A stretch of DNA of 63,341 nucleotides, filler included, from Ministeria vibrans ATCC 50519 (lineage: Eukaryota > Protista > Filasterea), in assembly GCA_943704425.1 (NCBI GenBank). It is 9 parts of 9 records of this genome, joined end to end, with 100 filler letters (N's around TTAATTAATTAA, not from the genome) between each part and the next. Parts side by side here need not be neighbours in the genome. Positions count along the whole stretch, not along the records: positions 60,936 to 63,341 come from CALSCP010002249.1; 8 more parts are not named here. One strand, given 5' to 3'. The notes under the pieces are model-generated. The model was not told the origin of the DNA and did no database searches. It saw nothing but the letters and a program-made list of their open reading frames with translations. Below, in pieces: positions 62,965 through 63,341 of the stretch (position 1 is the first letter of the stretch; the number at the start of each line of letters is the position of its first letter). The translations under genes were made by a program, and so were the position numbers.

Positions 62965-63341
62965 CTTGGTGATTCTATAGTTCAGTGAAAGTTCAGTGAT
63001 TCAAAAAGGAAGAATGTGAAATTCTGCTGGTCAATAACACATGCGGCATGTGTGATGTGTCACCCGGCAAACTAATTTTGCTTGAGGTGGTGTCCTGGAG
63101 ACAGGATGTGGAGCGCCGGAGCAGTCATAAAATATTTCTAAAATATCTTCAAACGTTCCCTGCCCATGCAACCACCTTTCCAGTTCCCACCATCTGACCA
63201 CCATGGCACCATCATAAAATCATGCACACACGGTATACCACGATGCTCGCATTCACAAACTCGCGAGATATTTCGTACACTCAATTTTTTTTCAAAGCAC
63301 GTCATTAATTTATAAAAAAAAAAAAAAACAAAAAAAAAACC

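Overview
Eukaryotic DNA from a compact, intron-rich, microsatellite-rich genome using the standard code. It is probably a flagellated unicellular eukaryote: IFT140, an HRDxAARN tyrosine-kinase-like sequence, trifunctional C1-THF synthase and TTAGGG-type repeats are present, but the lineage cannot be fixed from this window. The window is about 9 contigs joined by eight artificial 100-nt N spacers carrying TTAATTAATTAA, plus two short N gaps, so adjacency across spacers is not biological evidence. About 30 genes or gene fragments are recognisable by eye: ERI1, IFT140 (in two pieces), PCBD, RBM22, histones H4/H2B, GatB, a 3-hydroxyacid dehydrogenase, MRPL11, an F-box/ankyrin protein, a myotubularin pseudophosphatase, mucolipin, UFC1, ZNF830, TUT1, ADAL, UDP-GlcA 4-epimerase, MTHFD1, GUCD1, RNMT, a PQ-loop transporter and a NEK kinase. 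The strongest novelty candidates are (1) an intronless caspase-like + NB-ARC/STAND + TPR NLR-type gene and (2) a membrane-anchored fusion of an L-amino-acid oxidase and a sarcosine/pipecolate-oxidase-like domain, preceded by a cluster of AP-1/GCN4-like sites. Also notable are an intron-containing H2B with a histone 3' stem-loop plus an orphan copy, and a speculative telomerase-RNA-like element. All family calls come from motif recognition, not database searches, and exon boundaries were read manually.
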